A stretch of 64,000 bases of DNA from an uncultured Chroococcidiopsis sp. (lineage in GTDB: Bacteria > Cyanobacteriota > Cyanobacteriia > Cyanobacteriales > Chroococcidiopsidaceae), in contig CAXTYC010000024.1 of the NCBI GenBank assembly GCA_964248365.1, positions 1 to 64,000 on the forward strand, in the 5' to 3' direction. Of the stretch, positions 1 through 12,638 are shown piece by piece. Made by a program: the position numbers and the translations under genes. The first letter of the stretch is position 1; every line of letters begins with the position of its first letter. The notes beneath the pieces were generated by a model. It ran no database searches and was not told the DNA's origin. It was given only the letters and a program-made list of their open reading frames with translations.

Positions 1-56
1 CTATCTCAGGCAACAATATCATTATCTGATTCTAGCCTTAACCGAGAGGTATTGCC

Positions 57-377
57 GTGCGATCGGTACTGCAAAAAGTCTACGCCGAACACCAATCTCA
101 TTTTCATCAGTCTGTGCCTTTGTTCACAAAGTTACTCGCCCCAGGTTTAGCAGTAGCAGAAGAACCAGACCAAAAATTTTCTGAACAAGAAAGTTTCGGC
201 ACGAACCGCTGTCATATTGTTGCCAATGGCTTGTTAGAAGCACGCAAGACAGGGGACCAATCCCCAGCCAGCCGGATAGCAGCAATTCTCAAACAATTCT
301 CCTTGGTTGGAATTGAACTCAATCGTTCCTACCTGAATGCCACCTCTGAAGACATCTATACCCCATTGTTTCTATGA
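57..377 (+). pseudogene. C-terminal remnant of HopA1-family (LanY-like) RiPP lyase
   Basis: VPLFTKLLAPGLAVAEEP...ESFGTNRCHIVANGLLEA...YLN is typical of the cyanobacterial HopA1-family C-terminus. In-frame stops lie just upstream (TGA 27-29), so the N-terminal part is missing. Confidence 0.75.
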
Positions 378-1408
378 AGCTCAAGGATCTCACACAACCC
401 AACTGTGTTCCAGCCAGTGAACCCGTCCCCCCCAGGGTTAAGTTTCCAGAGTCAGATTTGCTTTTTTATCGTAAATTTGGGCGCACCGATCTGACAGTCA
501 GTTGCCTGGGATTAGGTGGCAAAAGACACATATCCAGTGAGGATACCCTTTATGCTTTCGACCAAGGGATAAATTTATTTTTCTACTCTAGCGATCTGCA
601 CCACTACCTCTACAGTTCAATGGTTGGGGCATTGCGTCAGTTGTGTGGGCGCAAATCCTCAGTGCGAGAGCAAGTAGTGTTGGCAACGGTGTCTTACCTA
701 GTTAGAAGCCCAGATACAGTAATGACTTATTTATACAATCAGTTCCTAGAGCTAGGAATTGATTATATTGATGTGTTTTTTTGGGGCTAGATTGACGCGG
801 ATAATGCCAATGATTTTCAAAGGTGTGTGGGGGCTTCTAACGATATTCGCGGCAAGAATACAGTCCATCAGCGCAACATACAAAGAATTTTTGGCATCTC
901 AGAGCGCTTGAAGTAAATGGGTGCTGTGCATTACATCGGTGCTTCTTTCCACGATCACGATCTAGCGAAACAGTGGTTGGATGGTCCCTTGCTGGATGTG
1001 GCTATGGTGCGGCACAATGTCGCTCACCGTACTGCCCAGAAAAAGGTTTTCCCCTACCTAGACGCGCAAGATCCGCACAGACCAGGTATTGTGACATTTA
1101 AATCTGCGGGGATGCACAATCTTCTTTGGCATCCGCCTGCGGGTTTGCTTGCCTCTTGTTGGCAACCTTCTGTACCCGATTTATATCGTTATTCCTTAAG
1201 CCAGAACTGTGTAGATGTCTGCTTAACAGGTTTGACAAACCGAGAAGAGGTTGATGCTGCGATCGCATCTGTCCAAAAAGGCAAACTGACGAGGGCGGAA
1301 CTTGACTATCTCAACTTGTATGGTGATTTACATCGTCAACGAATCGCAATTCAAGATATTCCACTTGAGCGATTGCTTTACCAACCTGAGAAATCAATAC
1401 CAGCTTAA
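374..1408 (+). pseudogene. Aldo/keto reductase broken by two in-frame stops
   Basis: YRKFGRTDLTVSCLGLG and LGIDYIDVFF AKR motifs. ORFs 374-790 and 917-1408 share one frame, interrupted by TAG 788-790 and TAA 914-916. Confidence 0.8.
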
Positions 1409-1434
1409 TTAACTCTTTTTTGCTATAGAAAGCC

Positions 1435-1950
1435 ATGACAGAAACTTTAGAATTAGAAAAAATTACCCTCCCACAAGCTACTCCGGCAACGGATGCCGAG
1501 ATCGTTACTTATCTGCGCCATTCCTTAAAAATTGCTGACATTGCTGCCCAAGCAGAACGAATAGCACTGATTTTGAGTGCTTGCGAACGATTAGGGGTTA
1601 CGGTTTCTGACGATGAATGGCAAGCAGCGGGAGATGCTTTTCGCCTTGAAAACAATTTACCAGGAATTGCTGAAACTGAAGCTTGGCTGGAAGAGCAGCG
1701 AATTGACGTAGATGATTGGTCACAAGGAATTAAAGAAAGGCTGCTAGAGAAAAAATTAAAAGAACATCTTTTCGGATTAGCTGTTGACAGCCATTATCTT
1801 ACCAATCGTGATAATTATCGGCAGTGGCGCTGTCTCAGATTCTTGTAACTGAGCTATCACAAGCTTTGAAAATCGCTAAAGCAATTCGAGAGGAACAAGC
1901 TTCTTTTTGAGCTTTGGCATTGGAACATTCAAAGGGTAAACAATCTCAGT
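1435..1950 (+). pseudogene. PpiC/PrsA-type peptidylprolyl isomerase, frameshifted and truncated
   Basis: After a frameshift near 1822 the sequence continues VALSQILVTELSQALKIAKAIREEQASF*ALALEHSKGKQSQ (start of the rotamase domain), then homology stops. Confidence 0.7.
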
Positions 1951-2043
1951 CTAGCAGAATTAGGCTTTGCTTCAAGATTATCGTTCTACAGATCAAGCTT
2001 TGGGGGTGGTGAAATTCCCAATGACAAAAGTATAGTGTAACTT

Positions 2044-2334
2044 TTGAATCAGGCAAAATTTACCGAGGTGAAACTCATATCTACTATTAAAGTTTCCGAT
2101 CTACATCTAGCTGGCTTGGAATTACTTCAGGATGCCGAAAGCTACTTAAATGAGCTAACCGACCAGGAATTACAAGGTGTCGCCGGAGGTTTTATTGGTC
2201 TTGATGCCCTTGACCTTGCCCTTGAAGCTTTGGAGACTAATATAAATTACAAAAACGTCAAGACAGTTTATAGTGAAACTATCAGGACTGTTGGCGTTTC
2301 ATATACAGTAAAAACTGTCGCTTACAAGAAGTAA
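2044..2334 (+). CDS. RiPP precursor peptide 1 (double-glycine leader); likely ATG start mutated to ATA at 2077
   Basis: Leader (M)STIKVSDLH...ESYLNELTDQELQGVAGG is paralogous to precursor 2. RBS GAGGTG precedes ATA 2077. Confidence 0.7.
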   Translation: MNQAKFTEVKLISTIKVSDLHLAGLELLQDAESYLNELTDQELQGVAGGFIGLDALDLALEALETNINYKNVKTVYSETIRTVGVSYTVKTVAYKK

Positions 2335-2457
2335 CTTGCAATTGTCCAGTAGTGCGAGGCTTTGGAACAGTCATAATTTTTTCCACGGCGCGACTGGAGT
2401 ATCTACAAAAGTGAGCTTAGCAAATTTACATCAAACTTTTTGTTTGGAGAAAGTCAA

Positions 2458-2691
2458 ATGGCTACTATCAAAATCTCTGAACTTCGACCTACGGGTTACG
2501 ATTTGTTTCAGGATGCCGAAACCTTTTTGAATGAGCTAACCACGAAGGAAATGAATTTCGTCGTTGGCGGCGTTGAGCCATTATTAGTCGTAGCTGATGG
2601 AAACCAAGTCCAAGCTGTTACTGTTTACACCCAAGGCAAACCTTACGCTGCCACAGTTAGGGTAAAAACTGTTGCTGAGACAAGTTACTAA
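2458..2691 (+). CDS. RiPP precursor peptide 2 (double-glycine leader)
   Basis: RBS GGAGA, then MATIKISELRPTGYDLFQDAETFLNELTTKEMNFVVGG followed by a Thr/Val-rich core. Confidence 0.8.
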   Translation: MATIKISELRPTGYDLFQDAETFLNELTTKEMNFVVGGVEPLLVVADGNQVQAVTVYTQGKPYAATVRVKTVAETSY

Positions 2692-2728
2692 TACTAGCAT
2701 TTCTTAGGTGCTATTTTCTATCAATTCA

Positions 2729-2776
2729 AAAACCCTTTGGTGCATAAATATCTGCGCCGAAGGGGTTTAATGTTTT
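2729..2776 (+). terminator. Intrinsic terminator-like hairpin after the precursors
   Basis: AAACCCTTTGGTGCA...TGCGCCGAAGGGGTTT stem followed by a T-rich tract. Confidence 0.55.
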
Positions 2777-2792
2777 AATTATTTTCAATATC

Positions 2793-2911
2793 ATTAGACT
2801 TCTTGCAAGAATAACTCAAGTAGATTTTCTTTTTCCCAGTAGAGACGCGAAATTTCGCGTCTGGTACAAGTCAAATTTTGTTTAATTTATGATTCATGCA
2901 AGAGGTCTATT
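2793..2911. mobile_element. MITE-like element with terminal inverted repeats
   Basis: Ends ATTAGACTTCTTGCA ... TGCAAGAGGTCTATT; the same ends recur at 54680-54808. Contains a GTAG-type REP hairpin. Confidence 0.55.
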
Positions 2912-3915
2912 GGATAGCGCCGCGTGACTTTTTGCCACCACTGACCAACTTTCACCGTTGGGCTTGGAAAGTACGCCCGATTAATCTTGTTTTTCTGAGG
3001 TTTTTGCCCTGGGAAGGTAGGGGCTTGGGAATTTGGGATTTGGAATTTTGTCGCCACTCGCTTGACGGTGGAAGCTCTCCACCGCGACTTTGTAGCGGGT
3101 TGGACTAGATTTTCTCGCCCAGCTTGCTCTGCACTCGCTGCTATGTTGTGTCCGTTTGTCTGGTTGTCTGCGTCAGCCCCAATTATCTCTACTAGTTGGG
3201 GTAAGTAATCTAATGCGGTCTGCCAATGTTTACTGCTAAGAGTGTATAACTTGCTTGGCTGCGTTACCTGCCAAGAGTTATCCGAGTCTAAATGAGCATA
3301 AATACTCCCAGCCTGGAGTTTTTTACCTGAAGGATGCGCTAATTCCCCTCGATGGAGTAGCCAAAGCTGCTGACCTTTTACTAGGGAACTTGGCAGAAGA
3401 CCTACATTCAAAGTTTGCGCCTCAAGCAGCGATAGCATCTGCATCAATGAGTTGACAGGAGCATCGCGCAGGTGAGGGCTGGAGCGAAAGGTAAGTAGCA
3501 GATCCTGAACTAATGCCTGGTGATAAAGATGCTCTTGGATAGAGGGATATTTGAAAATCAGGTCTTGCAATAACTTGCCCGACAGATAGCACTTGAGATT
3601 GACTGAAGCTCTAACCGCATAAGGCTGAAACTGCTTCTCTGGAAACAGAGTTAATTCCCCAAACGATGTCCCCGCCTCTAGGGAAGCAATGAGGCGATCG
3701 CCCCGATCTATTAGTCTGGCTTTACCTGTAAGGATGATGTAAATTCCCGCCTTCGCCTCTGTTGCCTGCCATAATGCTTTGCCTATGTTTGGCTGTAGGA
3801 TTTTCGCTCGATCCAAGCAACTTTCCAGTTCCTGTTTTGGCAGCTGCTGACCCAAGGTTTGACAAATCTGTTGACCTAGCCTAGCTAATGAGAAGTCTAA
3901 TGAATTGTGCGCCAT
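2887..3915 (-). pseudogene. N-terminal (cNMP-binding) part of a peptidase-containing ABC transporter, truncated before the C39 domain
   Basis: cNMP-domain motif GTSFGELTLFP and linker ending AYFPSPTVKVGQWWQKVTRRYP, then the frame runs into the MITE. Confidence 0.75.
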
Positions 3916-3940
3916 AATTTCTCATAGGTTTAACGTAGGA

Positions 3941-4555
3941 TTAGCTACGAGTTGTAATCAAATTGAATGACCACAGGCTAGCTGGCGCTGTTGACGATTG
4001 CAGGTCGCAAATAGTAATTCCGCTGTCTTTAATTTGAGTAAATTTGGCTACTTTCTCTGTTGTGTGGTAGCGTTTGTGTCGGTTGGAAAGTCCTAGCTTT
4101 TGTAGCAGACGGTTAATATGGCGATCGCTAAGCTCAATCCCAAATTCTTTTGCCAAATGTTTACTTAACCATTGGGCTGTCCAAGAACGAAATCAATAGC
4201 CATATTCACGCGGACAATGGCTTACCAGTTCTTGTAAACGCTCTACATACTCGGCATTTATCGTTTTGGGACGACCAATTGGACGAGCCTGCCAGTTTTG
4301 CGCCTGACCTGTCTGTGCCATTGCAATCCAATATCTTGCCATTTCCTGAGAACACCCTAGTGCTTCACAGATCTGGGTCTGAGAATAGCCCATGTCTGCA
4401 AGCAACATAATTTCAATCCGACGACGGTATTCTGGACGTAAATCTGTCTGCATATTCTCTAGCAACAGCTTGCGTTGAAAAGCCGTTAATAATTGACTTT
4501 GCTCTGTGTAATAAGTAGCGGCAATGGTTTGTTGATCAAGGTGAGATTGCAACAT
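3941..4555 (-). pseudogene. Helix-turn-helix domain protein with one in-frame stop
   Basis: ORFs 4193-4555 and 3941-4156 are in one frame (REYGY*FRSWTAQWLSKHLAKEFG), TGA at 4193-4195. Confidence 0.75.
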
Positions 4556-5400
4556 AATTTGTTATTAACTTGAGTTTAAGTTGTTCAACTTTTTTTGTAA
4601 TGTTGATTCCTACTTCACACCACTTGAGCGCCAAGTTAGATATAACTTGGAAGGCTTCAACTTACTAACGATGAAAATTTTGCTGTATAACCTCCTGCCC
4701 TTATAAAATATCTATCTCAGCTAACAAAATTTTCTGCTAGCTGAAATTTGGTCTGTACAACCTAAGCTTAAATTTCGTTTCTACTAAAAATTAACTGCTA
4801 ATTTTCAGATTATCAGTACTTAAACTAAATTCCAATACTATTGAGTTTAAGAAACCTGTACTAAATTTGTTAATTAACACTAAAAAATAGTATAAATTCA
4901 AACTACGTAAATCAGTAAGTTCTCAAAGGGTAACAGTTCGATGAGTATTATTGTCTTCCTTAGCACCGCTTTTTAGGAAGTTAGTATTTTATTTGTCAAA
5001 ATCAACGTAAATTTTTATACTATTTTTTTAATTGTCAACAATTATTTTATTAGAAATTTATATTAAATGCGTGGAAGTGTTATAACTGTGTGACAGTTTG
5101 AGTAAAGACAGTACAAATAGTTAAACTGGCATTGATGAATTATCCGCATTGCAACGCTACTCACACTAGCCAATCTGGAAGAACCAAGTTAGCATTGCAC
5201 AAAACTAGTGATGATTATCTCCCTTCGCCTTTGCGACGAGTGCGTTTATGCACATCATCATCCTAAATCGTGCAACGCTGCTCTATGAGTGTTCAGTTTT
5301 GACACTTCCTCTTTACCCCCTGCAATCAAAACCAGAAGTATTCAATCAAGAGGATATTACTAGAGGATTAGTGCAATAGCTGGTAGATATTAAGTGTTGA

Positions 5401-7268
<1,868 letters not shown>

Positions 7269-7341
7269 TGAGTGGCATACTTGTATGGATTGTAGAACGT
7301 TATCCTAAAATTAGAAGTTAGAAATTACTAAAAGAAAGTCA

Positions 7342-7776
7342 ATGGTTGATCTGAAAACAGCAGTGAGTGCCGCCGAGAACGGATAACAAGATTTAATCGA
7401 ACTGAGCAATTTGTCCTTTGAAGATTATGATTTATTAGTGCAGATACTGGAAGATTTTCAAAAAGTTGTAACAACTCCAAATATGCTTACAGAAGTTAAT
7501 AGTCTAGCTAATCAGCTTGGTGAACCAGAACGTTCTAAATGCTCCGCAATATTTGCTCAAGCTATTTCAGAATTGGAAAAATTTTATATTGAGAGTAAAA
7601 TTGTTGCTACAAATGAAAGGTTTACTAAATTTGAACTTACTGATTGCGGCATTCTCAATTTAGCAAGATATCAATATCTTGCCTTAACAGACGACCTTAA
7701 GTTAGCAGTTTATCTTCAGAAAGAAGGGATTGATACAATTAATTTCAATAATATTCGTGTTTACGGCTGGCGATAA
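7342..7776 (+). pseudogene. PIN-domain-like protein remnant, N-terminus deleted
   Basis: VTTPNMLTEVNSL, LTDCGI and LTDDLKL PIN-like motifs without the N-terminal Asp strand. Preceded by a short MVDLKTAVSAA fragment. Confidence 0.5.
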
Positions 7777-8298
7777 TCTTTATAGCTAATAGCTTCTTGC
7801 GATCGCCCATATTCAAATTTATTTAGAGCCTCGATTTCGGCTACCCACCACAAGTCGCTGATTTAGTATGCCACCCATGCCCGCAGTACAGTTACTTGGG
7901 TAGATAGTTTTTTCAGTGTTAATTAAATTTAATTTATTAAAATTATTTATATATACTATAAGTTTTTTTGAGAATTTCAAGGATATTTACAGGTTAAAAT
8001 GTTAAGGAATGATGACATAGAGTTAATAGAAAGTTTTTAAGTTTGCATTGATGAATGTAAATCTTGTGCTTAAGATGCTGATTTATGCCCCGATGCCTTG
8101 TCTACCAGATGGGGATGTCAAGCTAAAAGTTTGCGTTGCTTTCTTAGCCTCTTGACAAATTTGAGATATTGCTTTTGCCAATGAACTTGGAATAGCTTAT
8201 GTTTGTTTATTCGTGAATTTCACAGGTGGCTAGAGCAGAATGCACAATTGTGCAAATAATTTTTCCAAGGTTGCTGTTTGTTTATTGTTGCGGAGCTT

Positions 8299-8904
8299 AT
8301 GAAACGCTATTTACCCAAAGGGCGGACTAATTACACCTATCTACCTCCTTTGAATTACAAAAACGTTCGGGTGAAATGGGAGAATTACTGGTTCAAGATA
8401 CGCGGGAGGTGGCGTTCATGTCCTATAACCTGTCCTATAGATAGACCTCATCACAGACACGTCTTTTGGAGTTGGTTCGGTAGTTTCCTGGCAATAGCAG
8501 CAACGGCTTACCTGTCTGCGAAAACCAATTCTCCTCTACTTATGGCTCCCTTTGGTGCTACTAGCGTATTAATCTTTGGCGTACCTGACAGTCCTTTGGC
8601 TCAACCCCGTAATGTGATTGGCGGTAATCTTGTAGCTGCTCTAGTCAGCCTGATTATTTTGCATCTTTTCGGTTCGTCACCTTGGGCGATGGGATTGGCT
8701 GTCGCTACTGCCATTGCGATGATGCAGTTTACCGGAACTGTGCATCCGCCTTCGGGAGCAGTTGCATTAGTCGTGATGATGACGAAGGCTGACTGGCAAT
8801 TTCTGCTAACCCCTGCCCTGGAAGGTTCTATTATTTTGGTACTCTGCGCTGTGGTTTTCAATAATCTGGCGGAAGAGAGGACTTATCCCAAGCACTGGCT
8901 GTAA
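8299..8904 (+). CDS. HPP family membrane protein
   Basis: APFGATSVLIFG, SPLAQPRNVIGG, HPPSGA and YPKHW motifs. Confidence 0.93.
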   Translation: MKRYLPKGRTNYTYLPPLNYKNVRVKWENYWFKIRGRWRSCPITCPIDRPHHRHVFWSWFGSFLAIAATAYLSAKTNSPLLMAPFGATSVLIFGVPDSPLAQPRNVIGGNLVAALVSLIILHLFGSSPWAMGLAVATAIAMMQFTGTVHPPSGAVALVVMMTKADWQFLLTPALEGSIILVLCAVVFNNLAEERTYPKHWL

Positions 8905-8924
8905 TATGTATAGCAGGGAGTAGG

Positions 8925-9040
8925 GAGTAGAAGAAAGCAGGGGAGCAGGGAAGCAGGGGAGCAAAAGGAAGCAAAAGGAAGCAATGAACAATGAACAAGT
9001 GGTAATTGATAATTGATCATTGATAATTGATCATTGACTT
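8925..9040. repeat. Short tandem repeats (STRR-like)
   Basis: gcagggga, gcaaaaggaa and attgata runs. Confidence 0.7.
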
Positions 9041-9217
9041 GTCCTAATCTATAAGACGAGCTGCTGTAAGAATTTTAACGCTTGTAGCTATTGCGGCTTG
9101 CAAACAAAACCCTCCGCTGGTGCATCCTGACTGGTTTATAGCTCAAATTGATTGCTTTAGTTTACCAGCTTCAGCAGGTAGCTAAAAGTTGATAGGTGAT
9201 AAATAATAGCTTTTTTA

Positions 9218-9646
9218 TCACTGTATATACTCACTCAAACGCTGTTCTAACCTTTCTAATAAAGTATCTACATCTGCTGCTAAAGATTCAAAACAATCAG
9301 GCGGTGCTGGTTGGGGTTCAAATTGAATTAGCTTAATTTGTCCGTTACCAATCCCAACAATCAAAACCTCTTTTTCAGGCTTGTGAGCATCTACAAATCC
9401 TAATATTTCTTGGATTTGATGCTCGACATTGTTATTTAATTTCTCTATTGCATCTCTGGGACAAAATACAAAATGGGGCGATGGTTCTAAGTCAATGCCT
9501 AGGGTATCATCGCTTTCTTCCTTTTCTAAAAATATTCCCCATGACAGCGCTGCTAATTCTTGTTGATTTGCCTGCACAAATTGATTTAGCTGCACTCGCC
9601 ATTTTCCTTCTTCCCCAATTGGCTGGGGACTACCAAACATCATCAT
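9218..9646 (-). CDS. ccmS: Beta-carboxysome assembly chaperone CcmS
   Basis: 142 aa with FVQANQQELAALSWG, GIDLEPSPHFVFCP and IGIGNGQIKLIQFEP recognised as the CcmS family. A CcmK1 with a C-terminal tail is in the window. Confidence 0.75.
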   Translation of the reverse strand: MMMFGSPQPIGEEGKWRVQLNQFVQANQQELAALSWGIFLEKEESDDTLGIDLEPSPHFVFCPRDAIEKLNNNVEHQIQEILGFVDAHKPEKEVLIVGIGNGQIKLIQFEPQPAPPDCFESLAADVDTLLERLEQRLSEYIQ

Positions 9647-9676
9647 AGTTCGTAATTCGTAGTTCGTAATTCGTAA

Positions 9677-11473
9677 TTATTTCAAACCTGATTGTACGCG
9701 CCAGAGGCTAGTATAGATACCCTGTTGCTTTAACAGTTGTTCATGGGTTCCTCGTTCTACTAATTTACCCTCCTCCATGACGTAGATGCAATCGGCATTT
9801 CGGACAGTGGAAAGACGATGAGCGATCGCAATGGTCGTTCTGTTAACTGTAATTCGTTCGAGCGATCGCTGTATAGCTGCTTCGGTTTCATTATCCACTG
9901 CCGAGGTTGCTTCATCCAAAATCAGAATCGGGGGATTTTTTACAACTGCTCTTGCGATCGCTATTCTTTGACGTTGTCCACCGGATAACTTTTGCCCTCG
10001 TTCTCCTACAATCGTCTCATAACCTTGAGGCAATTGCATGATAAAGTCGTGTGCTTCTGCAATCTTCGCCGCCTCAACTACCTCCATTGTAGTAGCGTTA
10101 GGACTACCGTAGGCAATATTTTCCGCTACAGTGCCATGAAATAAGAATACATCCTGGCTAACTAAACCAATGCAGGCGCGTAGATCCCTCAGTTTAAGAT
10201 CTCGTAAGTCATAGCCATCGAGGGTAATCGTTCCTGATTGTATTTCGTACAAGCGTAGTAATAGTTTTACTAATGTACTCTTACCCGATCCGGTTGAACC
10301 AACAATTGCGATCGTCTTACCTGCTGGAATATACAAAGATAGATCTTTAATTACGGGCATTCGCCCATGATAGGCAAAGGTGACATTCTGGAATTCCAAT
10401 TCTCCCCGTACTAAACTAGCAGGTAAACCGATATTTCCTGTATGAATAGTAATTGGGGTATCGAGCAGATTCATGACTCGATTGGTAGAAGCCATCGCTC
10501 GTTGATATTGATCGAAAGTATCTCCTAATCTGGTTAAGGGCCACAGTAAGCGCTGGATGAGGAAAACTAAAACGCTGTAAGTACCTACAGACATTCTACC
10601 TGCGATCGCTTCCATCCCCCCAAATAGCAACAAGGCGGTAAAACCAGCTAGAATGATCATGCGAATTAAAGGAACAAATGCAGCCGAAAGAGCGATCGCG
10701 CGACGGTTACTTTGTCTATAAGCCTCACTATCAGCTGCTAATCGTGCTGATTCATAATCTTCTGCTGTAAAGCTTTTGATTGTCGTCATGCCCGACAGAT
10801 TATTTGCTAGTCGTGCATTAAGTAGACTCACCTTTTCCCGTACATCTGCATAGCGGGGAGCCAAAAGACGCTGAAACGCTACAGAACCCCAGAGGATAAA
10901 TGGCATTGGTAGCATCGCCATCCACGCTACACTGGGAGCCAAAATAAAGAAAGCGCCCCCAATCACCAAGACGGTTGTAGTGACTTGAATTAATTCATTT
11001 GCACCGATATCAAGAAATCTTTCCAGTTGGTTGATATCATCACTCAGAATTGACATCAAACCGCCTGTACTGCGTTCTTCAAAATAGGCAAGCTCTAATT
11101 CTTGTAAATGATTGTATGCATCTTGGCGCAATTCGTGCTGAATTATCTGACCTAAGTTACGCCACAACCAAGCAAAGGCATACTCAAATACCGATTCGAG
11201 TATCCAGACAATCACAGTTAGGACTGAAAGGATCAAGAATTGTTGGAAAACATCTTTTACCCCCCAACGAGCAATGATTGAATCTTGTTGCTTGACTATT
11301 ATGTCAACTGCAACCCCAATTAAGGCGGGTGGTGCTAGATCGAAGATTTTGTTGAGGATAGAGCAAATCGTTGCCAGCCAAATTTGACGACGATAGTTGT
11401 GGCTATAGTCGAGAAGACGCTTGAGAGGATGAGTAGCACGAGATTTTTTTTTGATTAGCGATCGTGTTGACAT
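9677..11473 (-). CDS. ABC transporter, fused permease/ATP-binding (MsbA-like)
   Basis: TM domain plus [16 protein letters not shown] and ILILDEATS. Start could be 11530. Confidence 0.93.
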   Translation of the reverse strand: MSTRSLIKKKSRATHPLKRLLDYSHNYRRQIWLATICSILNKIFDLAPPALIGVAVDIIVKQQDSIIARWGVKDVFQQFLILSVLTVIVWILESVFEYAFAWLWRNLGQIIQHELRQDAYNHLQELELAYFEERSTGGLMSILSDDINQLERFLDIGANELIQVTTTVLVIGGAFFILAPSVAWMAMLPMPFILWGSVAFQRLLAPRYADVREKVSLLNARLANNLSGMTTIKSFTAEDYESARLAADSEAYRQSNRRAIALSAAFVPLIRMIILAGFTALLLFGGMEAIAGRMSVGTYSVLVFLIQRLLWPLTRLGDTFDQYQRAMASTNRVMNLLDTPITIHTGNIGLPASLVRGELEFQNVTFAYHGRMPVIKDLSLYIPAGKTIAIVGSTGSGKSTLVKLLLRLYEIQSGTITLDGYDLRDLKLRDLRACIGLVSQDVFLFHGTVAENIAYGSPNATTMEVVEAAKIAEAHDFIMQLPQGYETIVGERGQKLSGGQRQRIAIARAVVKNPPILILDEATSAVDNETEAAIQRSLERITVNRTTIAIAHRLSTVRNADCIYVMEEGKLVERGTHEQLLKQQGIYTSLWRVQSGLK

Positions 11474-11633
11474 TTGACCAAATGTGAAGGCACCCTCCAA
11501 AGCTTGACACAGTTTTTTCAACTCAATCATCTAGTTAAGCTATTGAGGTAATAATTCGGCAGCATTCCTTTAATACTTTTTTAGGGATGAGAAACTTCGG
11601 TTGGCGCACACGTACCATTTAAAAGGTAGAGAA

Positions 11634-12040
11634 ATGCTGCGCACAATCTTTTTGGCAGAATTGCTAGGAACTTACGCGCTTGTGTTTGGCGGCTGTGGTA
11701 GCGCTGTCGTGGCTGGAGGAAAATTGGCTTTTTAGGTGTGTCATTAGCCTTTGGTTTGTGCTGGCGATGGTTTACGCCATCGGATCGATTTCAGGCTGCC
11801 ATATTAATCCTGCCGTAACTGTGGGTTTGATCATCAGCAAGAAGACGGAAGCAAAGTATACATAGCCTATATTGTAGCCCAAGTTGTGGGTGCCATTCTG
11901 GCTGCTGGGGTAGTGCTGATTGCTAAAGGCGCGCCTGGAAATTATAATCCGCTGGTAGCAGGTTTGGCGGCGAACGGTTACGACGAACACTCGCCAGGGC
12001 GTTACAGCCTGGCTTCTGCCTTCGTGACTGATTTCATCTG
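11634..12040 (+). pseudogene. aqpZ: Aquaporin Z remnant (frameshifts, 3' truncation)
   Basis: Across frames: LAELLGTYALVFGGCGSAV, ISGCHINPAVT (first NPA), YIVAQVVGAILAA, ANGYDEHSPGRYSL. The second NPA is absent. Confidence 0.8.
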
Positions 12041-12354
12041 ATGTTGCAAATACTGCCGTAACTTTGTCCAGTGTCACACCAGCTTAGATGTAAATTGCCA
12101 CTAGCACAACGGATTGCAAACCTAACGGTAGAGGCGATCGCCACCTAGACAGCTGCTGGATCTGTGGCAAATTAAAAGACCTTAGTTTCACCACCTAGAG
12201 CTAAGATTTGACATTTTCTGCTTCAATTTAACCTCTATCGGTCAGCTGACCAATATTTTTTCAATAAAAGCTGAGGATTTAATCTATACCAATCCCATTT
12301 GAGTTATAAATCCTACCTATGACAGTCCTTTGTCATTCGTCATCGCAGCGAATA

Positions 12355-12398
12355 GTTACCCACTACCAACTACCAACTACCAATTACCAGTTACCAGT
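12355..12398. repeat. Heptamer STRR (TTACCAG/CTACCAA)
   Basis: Tandem heptamers; the same family occurs at 19205-19242, 41654-41693 and 43950-43981. Confidence 0.8.
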
Positions 12399-12638
12399 GC
12401 TAAAAGTTAAAAGCTAAAGAATTAACAACAAACAGATAAAGAATTGACAAACAGCAAGATAGCTAATTGTCAATTTGAGCGATATGCTATGTGTACCTTA
12501 AATATATCTACTAGGCTTTAAGAGTTAGAAATTAACTAAATACTACCATTAATTGTTAAAGATTGCCGTTCATAAAATTATTTGCCTGAATCTTGTTAAC
12601 CAACTGGCAAAAACCATTCATCTTAAGTTGAGAAGTCC

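Noticed and set aside
3941..4555. HTH gene as an IS630 transposase
   Set aside because: No DDE domain or terminal inverted repeats; its position upstream of the peptidase-ABC gene fits a cluster regulator.
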